Below, piece by piece: positions 12,101-23,147 of a stretch of 64,000 bases of DNA. Position numbers and translations under genes: made by a program. The DNA lies in contig CM106586.1 in assembly GCA_048013815.1 (NCBI GenBank), positions 20,336,001 through 20,400,000 of the forward strand. Reading direction: 5' to 3'. This DNA comes from Setoptus koraiensis. Its lineage: Eukaryota > Animalia > Arthropoda. The first letter of the stretch is position 1. Every line of letters starts with the position of its first letter. The notes beneath the pieces were generated by a model. It did no database searches. It saw only the letters and a program-made list of their open reading frames with translations, and was not told the DNA's origin.

Positions 12101-15100
12101 ATTTCGGCAGCGCCGCTGCCAGTTGTGGCGCCGCCGGCTGGTCTTGGCGCCAACGGCAGTCGGGCTGCCACTCGCGAGAGCGGCCCGATTCGCAGAGTTC
12201 GCAGAGTTCGAACAGTTCGAACAGTTCGAACTTCGAAGCGAGAGCCTCGCACGGCGCGAGAAACTATTATGCCGAGATGAGAATCTGCCAGAATGCGCCG
12301 TCTCGAATGTAACAATGTTTGCCCATTGTGTGGCTGGCATCGACAGCAGCGATTGTCTCACAACACTGTCGTCGTCGTTGCTGCTGCTGTTGTTGTTGCT
12401 GCTGTTGTTGTCGTCGGTGCCGTTGTTGTTGCCGTTGTTGTTGCCGTTGTTGCCGTTGTTGTCGCTGCCGTTGTTGTGTGTCCGCGCTCGGGCGGCTGTG
12501 TCGCGATGTGGCGGCTCTCGTCGCCATGACAACGACCACGGCGCAGCCAAATAAATCATTCAAGTCGACACTAACGAGCGCTGTGCGAATTAATAGGTTT
12601 AAATGACGAGTCACTTTCCACCGTCGGCCATTGTCGGCCAGTGGCCCGTTTGCAAGCACAGTTGGCACAGTTTGCACAGTCTTTGTATTGTGTGTCGCCA
12701 ACGAAGCGCTCGGGCTGCGCAGGCCGCCGCCGGCTCCCAAGCCGCGAACGCTTCTTTTGGGGGCAGCAGCTTCTCTCGACTCGCGACAGCGCCTCTCGTT
12801 TGCACAATGCGAAGCTCCTTTCGCGACAATGCGAAGCTCCCTTTGTTCTCGGCAGCGAGAGGCTGTCGCGACAACAAGTTGTCACAACTATAGTTGTCGC
12901 AACGAGAAGATGTCGCGACGAGAAGCCCGCAATGTCAAGCCAGCAATTAGGCCGGCTAATAAATCACGCCCGCTTTGCATGACGCTAGTGCGCTGACCGC
13001 GGCACCTGACGCTTGTTTGTTTTGCGTCCCGCCCCGACTCGTTCCGTCTCGGGCCGGCCGCCTCGTCCCGGCAACAGCGACAGCGAGCGACGCCGACCGA
13101 CCGACCGACAACTGACCGGTGCACGGATCGGCGAAGCGCCAGCGCTGATTTCGGCGACTGCTCATTAGGAGATTAGTGCGGCCATTGTGCGTGCTCGCGA
13201 CAGACAGCGGCCACTTGTCCGCACTCGCTTACAAGGTGCGCTCACAAAACTGACCACTGTCCGCCGGACAGGTACGGACACTGGCGAGCAAAGTGGCACA
13301 GCGGCGCGGAATGCGCTCGTTTGGTGACGCTGTCGCTCGCACAGGCCCGCTGGTCAGCGCTCGCAAGGGCACTGGTCAGCGCTCAAAATGTGTGTCGCCA
13401 AGCGGAATTTGGCAGCCCGGCGCTGGCATTGTGTGTTGGTGCACTATTGGCACCACTGGTGCCGTTGCTGCCACTGCCAGCGCGCCGCTGACAAGCGATA
13501 ATCGGCGCCCGGCCGCATCACGGCCCAATCAAACGGGCTCAGCGCGGCCCGAGCAGCGAGTGCCAATAGACGCCGAAAATGGGTTAATCGGGCGGCCATT
13601 AGCGTGCGCCCGAGCGATTATCTGGGCGCCAGCGCGCATTCACGTGTCGCTGCGAGCGCCTAATGGCGACCACTGGCACGGCCACTTGTCGAGCGCCTGC
13701 CGTTGCACGGCCACTTGTCCGCGGCCACCGTTCGTCGGGCCGGCCGATGGCCCGTTCAGCTCGCCGCGTTCCGCGCAATTCGGCTCGCCGCTGCGCACAA
13801 TTCGTCTCTCAGTTGGACGAAATTCGGCTCACCGGCCCGACGGAGCCGCCGTTCGAGCCAGATCGTAATCTCGGCCGGCCTCGACAATTGCACGCGGCCC
13901 GCCGAAGGGTGCACTTGTCACGGCCGTGGCCGCTCGGGTCCCGCAATCGGACGGGCGGCATTTTGGTTGTGGCTGTGCACTTGCGCACTTGTTCCACTTG
14001 TTGAGACCGCTCTGCACAGATGCACAATTGCACATTTGCACGATTGCACAATTGCGCAGCCACATTCCGAGTGCTGCCCGCTGAGGACGGCACCGCCGGA
14101 CCGCGGGCCGCTCCAGTGGGGCAAACGGAGTCCGGCAAACGGAGTGGGCACACGCAGTCGGGCGTGCGGAGCCGGGCGCGCGGAGCCGGGCGGACAACCG
14201 CGGGTGACACTAATGGCAACAAGCGACTTTTATTGGCCATTGGCCACTGATTGTTGTGAGAGCGGGCAGCGCGGCGATAATGGTCGCGGGCACAATTATA
14301 ATGTCGCCTCGACGGCAGCGGCGCTTATAGGAGTTATGTGACACTCGAGCGGGTTTGTTTGTTTGTTTGGTGCGCGTTATAGGCACTCCACATGCGCCTA
14401 ATGGCGCCATTAATCGCGCGCCGGGCCGCTCTTGCGTCGGCCGGAGTCGGGCCTGAGTCGGGCCGAGTTTGCCCGAGTTTGCCCGAGTTGTTGCGGCCGG
14501 CCGCTGGAGGCCATCGGGTCACGAGTGGCGCACTTGTGAATCGCAAGTTGCGATCCAATTGCGATCGGTCGCATGTTGCGGCCGTATCAATTGCATCAAT
14601 CGCACACATTTATATCGTTTTATGTCGCTTAATTTGACATGATCGAGTCAACGCGATTCTATGCGCGATCTGCCACGGCCGGCCCGATACGTGCCTGCAT
14701 CGACTAGCGGCCCGAGCGTGCACCGCTACCCGGCGGCCAACAAACCGAACAGCGGCGTCGGCTCTGGCCGAGCGAAATCCGGCCGCAATGCGGCGCTGAC
14801 CGGCCACTATTGGCGATTGATGGCCCGCGTTTGTTTGCTTTGCGCGGCCCGTTACCTGTGACAGGCGCCCGTGACAGTTGTCGCCTCATGCCAATTGACG
14901 GCGCAGTGTGCAGTTGCGAGCCACTCGAGCGTAACCGTTAGTGTAATTGATTAGGCCGCTCGGCACAACAGGTGAGCTTGTTGTGCCGAGCGGCCTATAT
15001 CGTTGGTTTGATGGTCGCACTTGTCGCGCACTTGTCGCCCGCTCGGGTGACAGTTGTTTGTTTGTGCGTCTGTTTGTTTGTTTGCTGACGAGCCAAGGGG

Positions 15101-18100
15101 CAAACAAACAAACTGTCGCACGTTGTCGTTGACAGGCGCCAAATAAATTAGCTCGCTGACGGGCGTTCGATCTCGCGTTCGTTTCGCGTTTCGCTGTGCT
15201 CCCAATTCGACAACGCGCACCGGCGAAGCGTCGAGCGTGTGCCCGGACGGCCCGACTGTGCGCCGGCGTCCCGAACCCGACGAAAACAAACACGCGCTCA
15301 CCGGCCCGCAACGACGCGGCGCGACTCCGCACACTCGGGACAGTGTCGCGGGCGCGATAACGGCCGCCGCGCGACAGGTTCGAATCAAATAAATAATGGC
15401 CCCTTTGTTGTGGCGTTCGTTGCCACTTGATGTGGGTCTCGGCCGTTGCGAGCTGCCGCCGCTGTGTCGGCCGGCGCTGGCCAGTCGGGCCAGTCGCGGC
15501 CAGTCGCGGCCAGCGGCACGCGGTCGACAGGCCAGTTGCGTCGGCATGAGAGCGGTTGCGTCGGCACGAAAGCGGCCACGGCGCGGTGATTAATCACCCC
15601 AATTATAGGCTCTGCCGGCCAAACAGATAACGAACCGTTTGCCGTTCGGCGCTTCGAGCAATTCCAACTGTTTCGAGCCGCAGTTCGGTTCGGAGCGGCT
15701 CGAAGTGCGCCCGCAGTCCGGACTGAGCAATCGGCCGCGACCGTTCGGGCTTCGGCGCTCGCGAGCCGCGACAAGTGCCCGGCCGCCTGCCCGGCCAGCG
15801 CTCAGCGAGCGAAGCGAGCGGCCAAACGGGACACTGGCAATCGTATGGACGGGCCGTCGGGCGGCCGCTGGTCTCGCCGGGCGCGCTGTCCGGCAACAAT
15901 CGTGAGAGCAGACAAACGGCTAATTGTTCATCGACGATAAACGCAATTGCGCAACGTTTGCGCTTGCGTCGCTTCGCGGGCCGGTCGCAACAATGTTTGC
16001 GTCGCGGGCCGGTCGCAACAATGTTTGTATCGCGGGCCGGTCGCCACAGTGTTTGTATCGGTGCCAATGGGACGGCGAGCAATTGTTTGCGTTCGGACGC
16101 TAGCAAGTGGGCACGTCGGGCCATGGCAATTAGACAATTTAGCGTCTAATTGGTTCTAACGAGCCGCTAAGTGCAGCCCGTTTGCTGCGTACATTGTTGC
16201 ATTGTTACATTGTTGCCGGTCGGTGGCTCGGATATTTGCTCGCCAGCGTATAATGTATGATATTTGCTGATTTGTTTGCTCAGCAGATATCCGCAAATAT
16301 TCTCAATGCAGTCTCGACATGCCAGCTCATGTTCGTACAGTGCGAATTGGCATATTGCGATGGCGCGCCAGAAATCATTATGTCGAGCCGGCCACGAAGC
16401 GTCGATTATGGCCGATTATGGCCGATTATGACTGGCCACTCGCGGAGCAATTATCTCCGGGCCGGCCGGCGGGTTCGCTGGTGCGGACGTTGGCGGAGCG
16501 GCCGCTCGGCGCTGCCAGTCGGACGCTGCTCGGGCCGGGCAACACTTTTTCGCTTGCCGTCGTTGTTTGCGCATTGTATCCGATACAATGTATCGAGTGT
16601 GTGCGATACTCATTGCCGTGATTGTGTCACACACAACTCGATCATCATTAGTCGCCGGCTGACCGACGACCGCTCACCCGCCGACCAGTTTGTCGGGCTA
16701 GACGCGGCCGGACCGTGTTGCCCGGGCAACTGGTCCGCTCAGCCTAGGCGAGCCGCATGCCAAGACGCCGAGCTGTCCCGTGTGTGTGCCGTTCGCGATA
16801 CGCGCACAAATCGGTGCGCAGTCTATCAGCGGCCGTGGCGCCATCGAAGGCCACCTCCATTACGCAATGTGCCCACCACTACATATGCGTATATTACGCA
16901 ATGTGCACACTACCACTACATATGCGTATATTACGCAATGCGTATTTGGCTATGTTGCGCAACGCTGGCACTGATAGTAGTCGTCGTGCCTTACGTAATT
17001 GCAGACGTAACACAGCAACAGAGACGTAGATGGAGTAATTAGCGCGCCGCTGCGCCATCGGTAGTTGGCGCAGCGGCGTCCGCTCGGCGCTACCAGCTCC
17101 GCATTGCGCCATTCGGTGCGATTGCGGCCCGACACTGCGGGCCGGCAGCGCGACTCGCAACGTGCCCTGCCGCTTGTCGCCGCATTGAATGCCGGGACGG
17201 GCCGACCAATCGATCGGCCTCGCGCGAAACGGCCCGGCCCGAAGCGATGCCCGACACGTAGGTAGAGCCCGACACAGGCAAAACAAACAAACGCTGGCTG
17301 TCGCTCATTAGTCGCTGGTTAGTTTGTGTCAGTTATACGCAAGTCGTACCAATGGCATCCATTGGCCATTATGTAACTGGGCGAAATTCTTTCGCTGGCT
17401 CCATTGCGATCCTTCGCTGGCTCCTTTGCGATTCGTCGCTCGGCAACGGGCGGCCGAATGCACCCGTAAGCCGGCCCGCTAATGCGATGCAAGTGCGTCC
17501 ATAAGGGTGAGCCAGTCGCTTGGTGGCAACTTATTCATGCCCCGTGGCCAAACACGAACGGCGCAACAGCAACAGTTCGGGTACCAAGGGATGCTCCGCG
17601 CCGCTCGGACTTGCGCTTGTCCGATTCTCGCAAACTCACCAGCAAACGCACACACAAACATGCAGGCGCAGCGTAATTATCCGCTGACCGCTCGCCGTCG
17701 TTGTGCCAATTGCCAAATTGCTCCAATTATCTCCCACTGCCTTCTGGCTCGTCGCTATCGCTGGCCATTGGTCGCCGTTGGTCGCTATCGCTGGCCATCG
17801 CTCGATATTGCGCGGTATTGCTCGGTACTGCGCGGTATTGCCCTGAACTGCTCGGTGGTGCGCGGTAGTGCGCGCTCTCGGCCACTCGGCGGCCGATCGC
17901 CCGACTGCCCACTGGTGCGCTACCTGTTGGCGCAGGCTGGCGCAAATCGGCGCAAATTGGCTCAAATTGGCGCACAGGTCTGCACAGATTTGCGTACGCC
18001 AACTAGCGTGTGCCGACGTGCTGGCCCGCCTGTTCGGGCCGCACTGGTCAACGCGAGGAGCACACTGCCAGTGTGACACTGGTCAACCCGCCAGGCTCGC

Positions 18101-20567
18101 CCGCTCTGCGCCGACCCGCGGACTGTGAGCCGGCGGTCTGAACCGGCGGACTGTGCGCCGGCGGTCGGCGCGGCTCGCGCAGCGTTCGCGGGTCGGGGCG
18201 AGCGTCGAACTCGGAGAAGCTCCTCGCTGCGAGACGCCCGAACGCTCCGAAGCGGCGAGTTCGCACGCCCTCGAAGCTCGAACCGGGCACTTTGTGCAGC
18301 GGCACAAGACGGGATGGCGGCGACCGCGGCACACAGGCGGACGGCTCACAGTCCGCGGGTCGGCACACAGGCGGACAGCGCCAGCGCACTGACCAGTGTC
18401 CGCAGCCGAGTCGCACGCTGGACGGAGAGCGGCGCAGCGCGGCTGCCACTAATGAAGGCCGCGGCGCCAACCTCCGACGGCTCGGCCGGGACAAAGGGCG
18501 CTGGCCGAGCGGCGCTCTCGGCCAATTGATGAAGTGATGCGTCGGCGCTCGTCGAACGCTGCCGGCCGATCCGCGAACGCCCGTCGAACGCCGTCGAACG
18601 TCGAACGCTCGACGGCTCGGCGAGCCATGCAGAGGTGAGCAGACGCGATTCGGGGAATCGGTTGCAATTGGGACGGCGCGCAAGAATGCGCCCCTTATCT
18701 CTTTCTGTCCAGCGGCGCAGCTCCATTTATGGCCGGTGCCACCGCCGGCCGGCCGGCGCGGCCCGTCGATTGGGCCGCTCGAGCCGGTGCGAGCGGCGCA
18801 CCAATTAGCGGCGCGCCGGCTAGCGCAGTTGCGGATTCCGCACTCCGACGACAACAATGTGCGCTCGGAATGCCGCTAGTGCGGATAGGGTGGCCCGAGT
18901 GGCTTTTTTACTCCTTCTCGGCACAACCAGTTGCCGGCCAGTGGTCAGCAGGCTGGTCGCCGATTGGTCAGCAGTTACTGGCCACAGTAGCGCCGGACTC
19001 CATCTAGCGGAGTGCGTGGGCGTGAGACGGGCTGCGCTGCGCTGCAAGCGGTGCCCACACAAACTGGCCAGCGCTGGCGTTGTCGCCGTGCGCACCTAGT
19101 GGCCGTACGGCGACACAACAAGCGACACGGCCGGGCCGTGTCATTCATCATGAGTGGGCGCGGGTGGCGCCGCGCATCAATCTTGTTTGGCGCCGTCGCC
19201 ACCATTCGCGCCGCTGGGAATTCTCGGAATCTCGCAGCGTCCGACTCGCTGCGCTGCCGGCCAGCGTGCGAACTCTTGCCCGAACCGGCCAGTCGGGCTT
19301 GTCGCGAGTCGCGACCTGGCCCGCACCTCCGCCGCTCTGTCACTCGGCGGCCCGACGGCCGCTCGGCTGTGGCGCTCGCTTGTGGCGCTTGCGGGCCGCT
19401 AGCGTTCGACCGAGCCCGGCGCAGCGAACGGGCGAAATTCCTGGCCGCCGCCGAACGCAGCGGCGGCGCACAAGAATTCGAAGCATTCGGCGGGCCGTCG
19501 CGCGGCGACGCCGCGGCGCTTCGAGGCGCTCCGTTCGGGCCGGTGACAACCGCTTACCTGTTGATTGGAGCCACCGGCCGCAAAGTGGCGAGACTGAACA
19601 AACAGGCGCCCGGCGGCGACCTGTCCGGTCGGGCGGCTTGCACAACGCGCACCAACAAACATAAACAAACAGCGCGCGGCACAGATATGGTGACGGGCGC
19701 ATATCTCACGCGCCGGGCATGTGCGGTCTTTTCGCGGCGCTGCTCGGGCCGCCTGTCAAACCGCCGCAAACAAACAGATACAAGCGACGGGCCTGTCACT
19801 CACGATCAAAGGGCTCGCCGTTTGCGGGCGCTGCGGCCCCATATTCGCGGCTATTGCCATTATTAGATTAGCGCTGCACTGGCCGGCAGCGAGTCGAATC
19901 AATTGTGCGACAAATTGGTCGCCGTCGACGGCGGCTCGCGGCCGCCGAAGCCGCCCGACGGTTCGCGGCCGAACGGTTCGCGAGCGGGCCGGCGACGCCG
20001 CGCGACGATGAGCGACTCAACAACGACAACAGCGACAACAGCGACAACAGCGACAACAGCGACAACAACAACGGCAACAACGACAACAAGTTTGATTGAC
20101 TGTGACGAGCGTTCATTAGCGGACGGCGGCGTCGCCATGGGTCTCGTTTCGGTGGCGTCGCTATGGTGCGACACGATGTCGCAACTTGGCTCTCACCAGT
20201 CAATGAGCCAACTCGAGTCTGGCCAACGCACATCAGCGGTTGCCGCTTGGGTTCCCACGGGCGCCACTGGGGGCGCCCCGCTCGGGAGAACGCGAGCGTC
20301 CGCCCGCCAGAGGTCTCTCTGGTTTGTGGCGAGCTTCGTGGAGCGCTTTTGTCGGGTGTCGCGTCGTGAGATTTGTACAGATTTGCTCTAAACACACAAT
20401 TGCGCAACAATGCCACAATAATCTATATCAATGTGATGCAATGTCAATGTCAATCAAATCTATATGTTATGATGCACAACAACATTTACTAATCGCCATT
20501 ATCTCAAATATCGCCAATCTCTTTATATCCGGCCACATATCCACACGTGAATATGTGCACACAACAG

Positions 20568-22184
20568 ACGCAACGGCCCATGACCATGAAGAAGGAGGGC
20601 ATTCAAACTAGAAACCGGAAGTTGTCGTCTAAGGGCAGCAAAAAGAAAAAGTCGTCGTCGACCACCTCGTCTAACACATCATCATCCACAACGGCCTCGT
20701 CAATGTTAATGTCGGTTAACGTTAGTGTGAACGCAGCCTTTGCGCAACACCACCACCACCACCAGAGTCACCATCACAACTTAAATCATCATCATCATCA
20801 CAATTTAAATCATCATCACGGCTTGGCGTCGCACCAGCACCAGCAGCACCTACATCAATTGCAACAGCATCACCTCCACAACAGCACCAACAACCACAAC
20901 CACACCAGTAGCAACAACCACCACAGTGGTAGCAACAACAACAACAACACTAACAGCAACACAAATGGTAGTAGTAGCACCAGTAGTAGCAATCATCAGC
21001 TGCAACAACAATTACAACAGCAACTACTGCAACAACAGCATCAACAACAACAAATGCAACTGCATCAACAGTTACAATTGCAACAATCGTCACCGGCGGC
21101 CTCATCAACGTCGTCGCTGTCGGCAGTTGCGCCACCAACGGCCGCTTCAGCTACAACAATTAGCGACACCAACAACAACAACAACAACAACAATGGCGCA
21201 AGTGGCGCCCAAACGGCCACTACTCCCCATTCGTCGCCATCACTCAACACCACCGCCAATGCAACAGCAACAACAGCAAACTCTTTGGATGCCTTAGAAG
21301 AGGCGACTTATTCGCCATTTCAACAACAACAACAACAGCAACCACAACAACAGCAACAACAACAGCAGCAAGCGCAACATCAGACACACAACCTGCTGCA
21401 TCCTTCTCATCAGCAACAGCACCAACAACTTCAGTATCACCATCCTCACCACCACCACCACCACCACCACCACAACCACCACCAACAACATAACAACCAC
21501 CACAGCCACCAGCAGCAATCGACGCAGCAACAACAGACCAACAACGCGCAACAGCAACAACAGGAGCAGGCCAACCATCTTCATCTTCACCATCATCATC
21601 ATCAATTAACTGCCAATCAACAACCGTACGCTTTGCATCCCCACCATGCCCACCACCAACTCCACCAGCAACAACAACAGCAGCAACAACAACAACAGAC
21701 CCAACAACCGTTGCAACAGCAACTGCAGCAACAACAACAACAACAGCCAGCGCACCTCCAAACGGCAGCAACCAATCAACATTATCAACAGCATCAACTC
21801 CAACAGCAGCACCAACAGCACCAACAGCAGCAGCACCACCAACAAACGCAACAACCCTTGCAACAGCAGCACCACCACCAGGCCGCACCGCATCACCCGC
21901 ACGCCCATCAAGTGGCCGCGGCCGCGTACGGTCATCATGCAGCGGCAACTCTCCAGTCATTGTCCATGTCGTCGCATTCGTTTCATCATGTAATGGCGGC
22001 CGGTGCGGCCGCATCTCATCACCACCACCACCCTGCCCACCACGCCCACCATGCGGTGGCCGCTATGCACGTCGGAGTTCCCGGTCACTCTATAGGTCAT
22101 CATCACGCTTCGGCTGCGGCTGCGGCGGCCGCGCTAAACCCGCACCACGCCCTCAGCCACTTGCATCACCTGAACGACGTCTGA
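20568..22184 (+). CDS. grn: GATA (grain) terminal coding exon: basic tail plus ~520-aa polyQ/polyH/N/S low-complexity region
   Basis: TQRPMTMKKEGIQTRNRKLSSKGSKKKK is the conserved post-finger basic region of grain-type GATA; frame open to TGA at 22182-22184. Confidence 0.92.
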   Translation, partial: TQRPMTMKKEGIQTRNRKLSSKGSKKKKSSSTTSSNTSSSTTASSMLMSVNVSVNAAFAQHHHHHQSHHHNLNHHHHHNLNHHHGLASHQHQQHLHQLQQHHLHNSTNNHNHTSSNNHHSGSNNNNNTNSNTNGSSSTSSSNHQLQQQLQQQLLQQQHQQQQMQLHQQLQLQQSSPAASSTSSLSAVAPPTAASATTISDTNNNNNNNNGASGAQTATTPHSSPSLNTTANATATTANSLDALEEATYSPFQQQQQQQPQQQQQQQQQAQHQTHNLLHPSHQQQHQQLQYHHPHHHHHHHHHNHHQQHNNHHSHQQQSTQQQQTNNAQQQQQEQANHLHLHHHHHQLTANQQPYALHPHHAHHQLHQQQQQQQQQQQTQQPLQQQLQQQQQQQPAHLQTAATNQHYQQHQLQQQHQQHQQQQHHQQTQQPLQQQHHHQAAPHHPHAHQVAAAAYGHHAAATLQSLSMSSHSFHHVMAAGAAASHHHHHPAHHAHHAVAAMHVGVPGHSIGHHHASAAAAAAALNPHHALSHLHHLNDV

Positions 22185-22289
22185 TCCCGTGGTCGTGGTC
22201 AGGCGCGATATTTATCACACTATTACTATTATTACTATTATAATTATTATGATTATTAATGAATTGAATTGGGCGCGCTTGGCGCCAAT

Positions 22290-22385
22290 CGATTCGAGTC
22301 GATTCGAATCGATCCAAATCGATCCAAATCGATCCAAATCGACTCAAACCGATTCAAACCGATTCGAATCGACTCAAATCGGGCC
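22290..22385. repeat. 10-bp tandem repeat (GATYCRAATC) in the presumptive GATA 3' UTR
   Basis: About 9 imperfect units. Confidence 0.8.
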
Positions 22386-23100
22386 GGATCGACCGGATGC
22401 GGCAGCAAGCGCGCACACTGTGTATCAAAGCGAATGATTATTATTATTATCTGTGTAATTAATTTAATCTGTGTAATTAGTTAGCTTAATTAATGATACT
22501 GTAAACGACTAGATGTAGTAGCATGTTATTGGCGACACACGAGCAGCATTTAATTAAACAAAGAACGAACACATTGCGTAATATGTGCGTCTCACAACTT
22601 CTTGTCAGGCAACATTGACAGTCTCATTCTGGCGCGTCATTCTTGTGCGCATCTCGCCCCCCTCCCCTGCGCTCTCGAACGATTGCCGATGATTTGTTGG
22701 CTCACCCTTCACCGGTAATGGTTGCGCAATAATTCGTGTTGGCAATAAATCGCTTCGCACGAACGGTCTCGATCGTCTGTGCGACTCGATGCGCGACGCC
22801 ATCGACAACGAAACAAATCATCGCCGACAGTGCGTTGAACATTACGTAACGGATCTGGCCCGAAATGATTTGTTGTCGGTGTCGGCGCGGCTGTCGTGGC
22901 CGGCCCGTCCGATTGGCACCAGCGCAAACAGGTTGCGCCGTCCGAAGCACCTGTAATCGGTTCGCAGTGCAAACTGTGCCGCGCTCACCTGTGCAAACTG
23001 GCGAGCTTGTCACGTAAGTCGGGCCTGCGAGTCGCAACGGGTCGTGCGGCCGACATTAATGCGTAATCGCAACAACCTGCCTACCTGTCCGCTTGGTGGC

Positions 23101-23101
<1 letters not shown>

Positions 23102-23140
<39 letters not shown>
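23102..23140. repeat. (TG)n microsatellite
   Basis: Read directly. Confidence 0.9.

Positions 23141-23147
<7 letters not shown>

Larger units (their letters stand above)
5767..20567 (+). other. 14,801-nt phase-0 intron of the GATA gene
   Basis: GTAAGT donor after KLHH; CAACAG acceptor at 20562-20567; splicing restores KLHH|TQRPMTMKKEGIQTRNRK, equivalent to the conserved KLHN|VNRPLTMKKEGIQTRNRK. Confidence 0.88.

Noticed and set aside
15377-15386. GGTTCGAATC as a tRNA T-loop
   Set aside because: Flanks cannot form a T-stem or cloverleaf.
18419-18428. TGGACGGAGA resembling the 5' end of miR-184
   Set aside because: Only 10 nt match, the remainder diverges and no precursor hairpin is evident.
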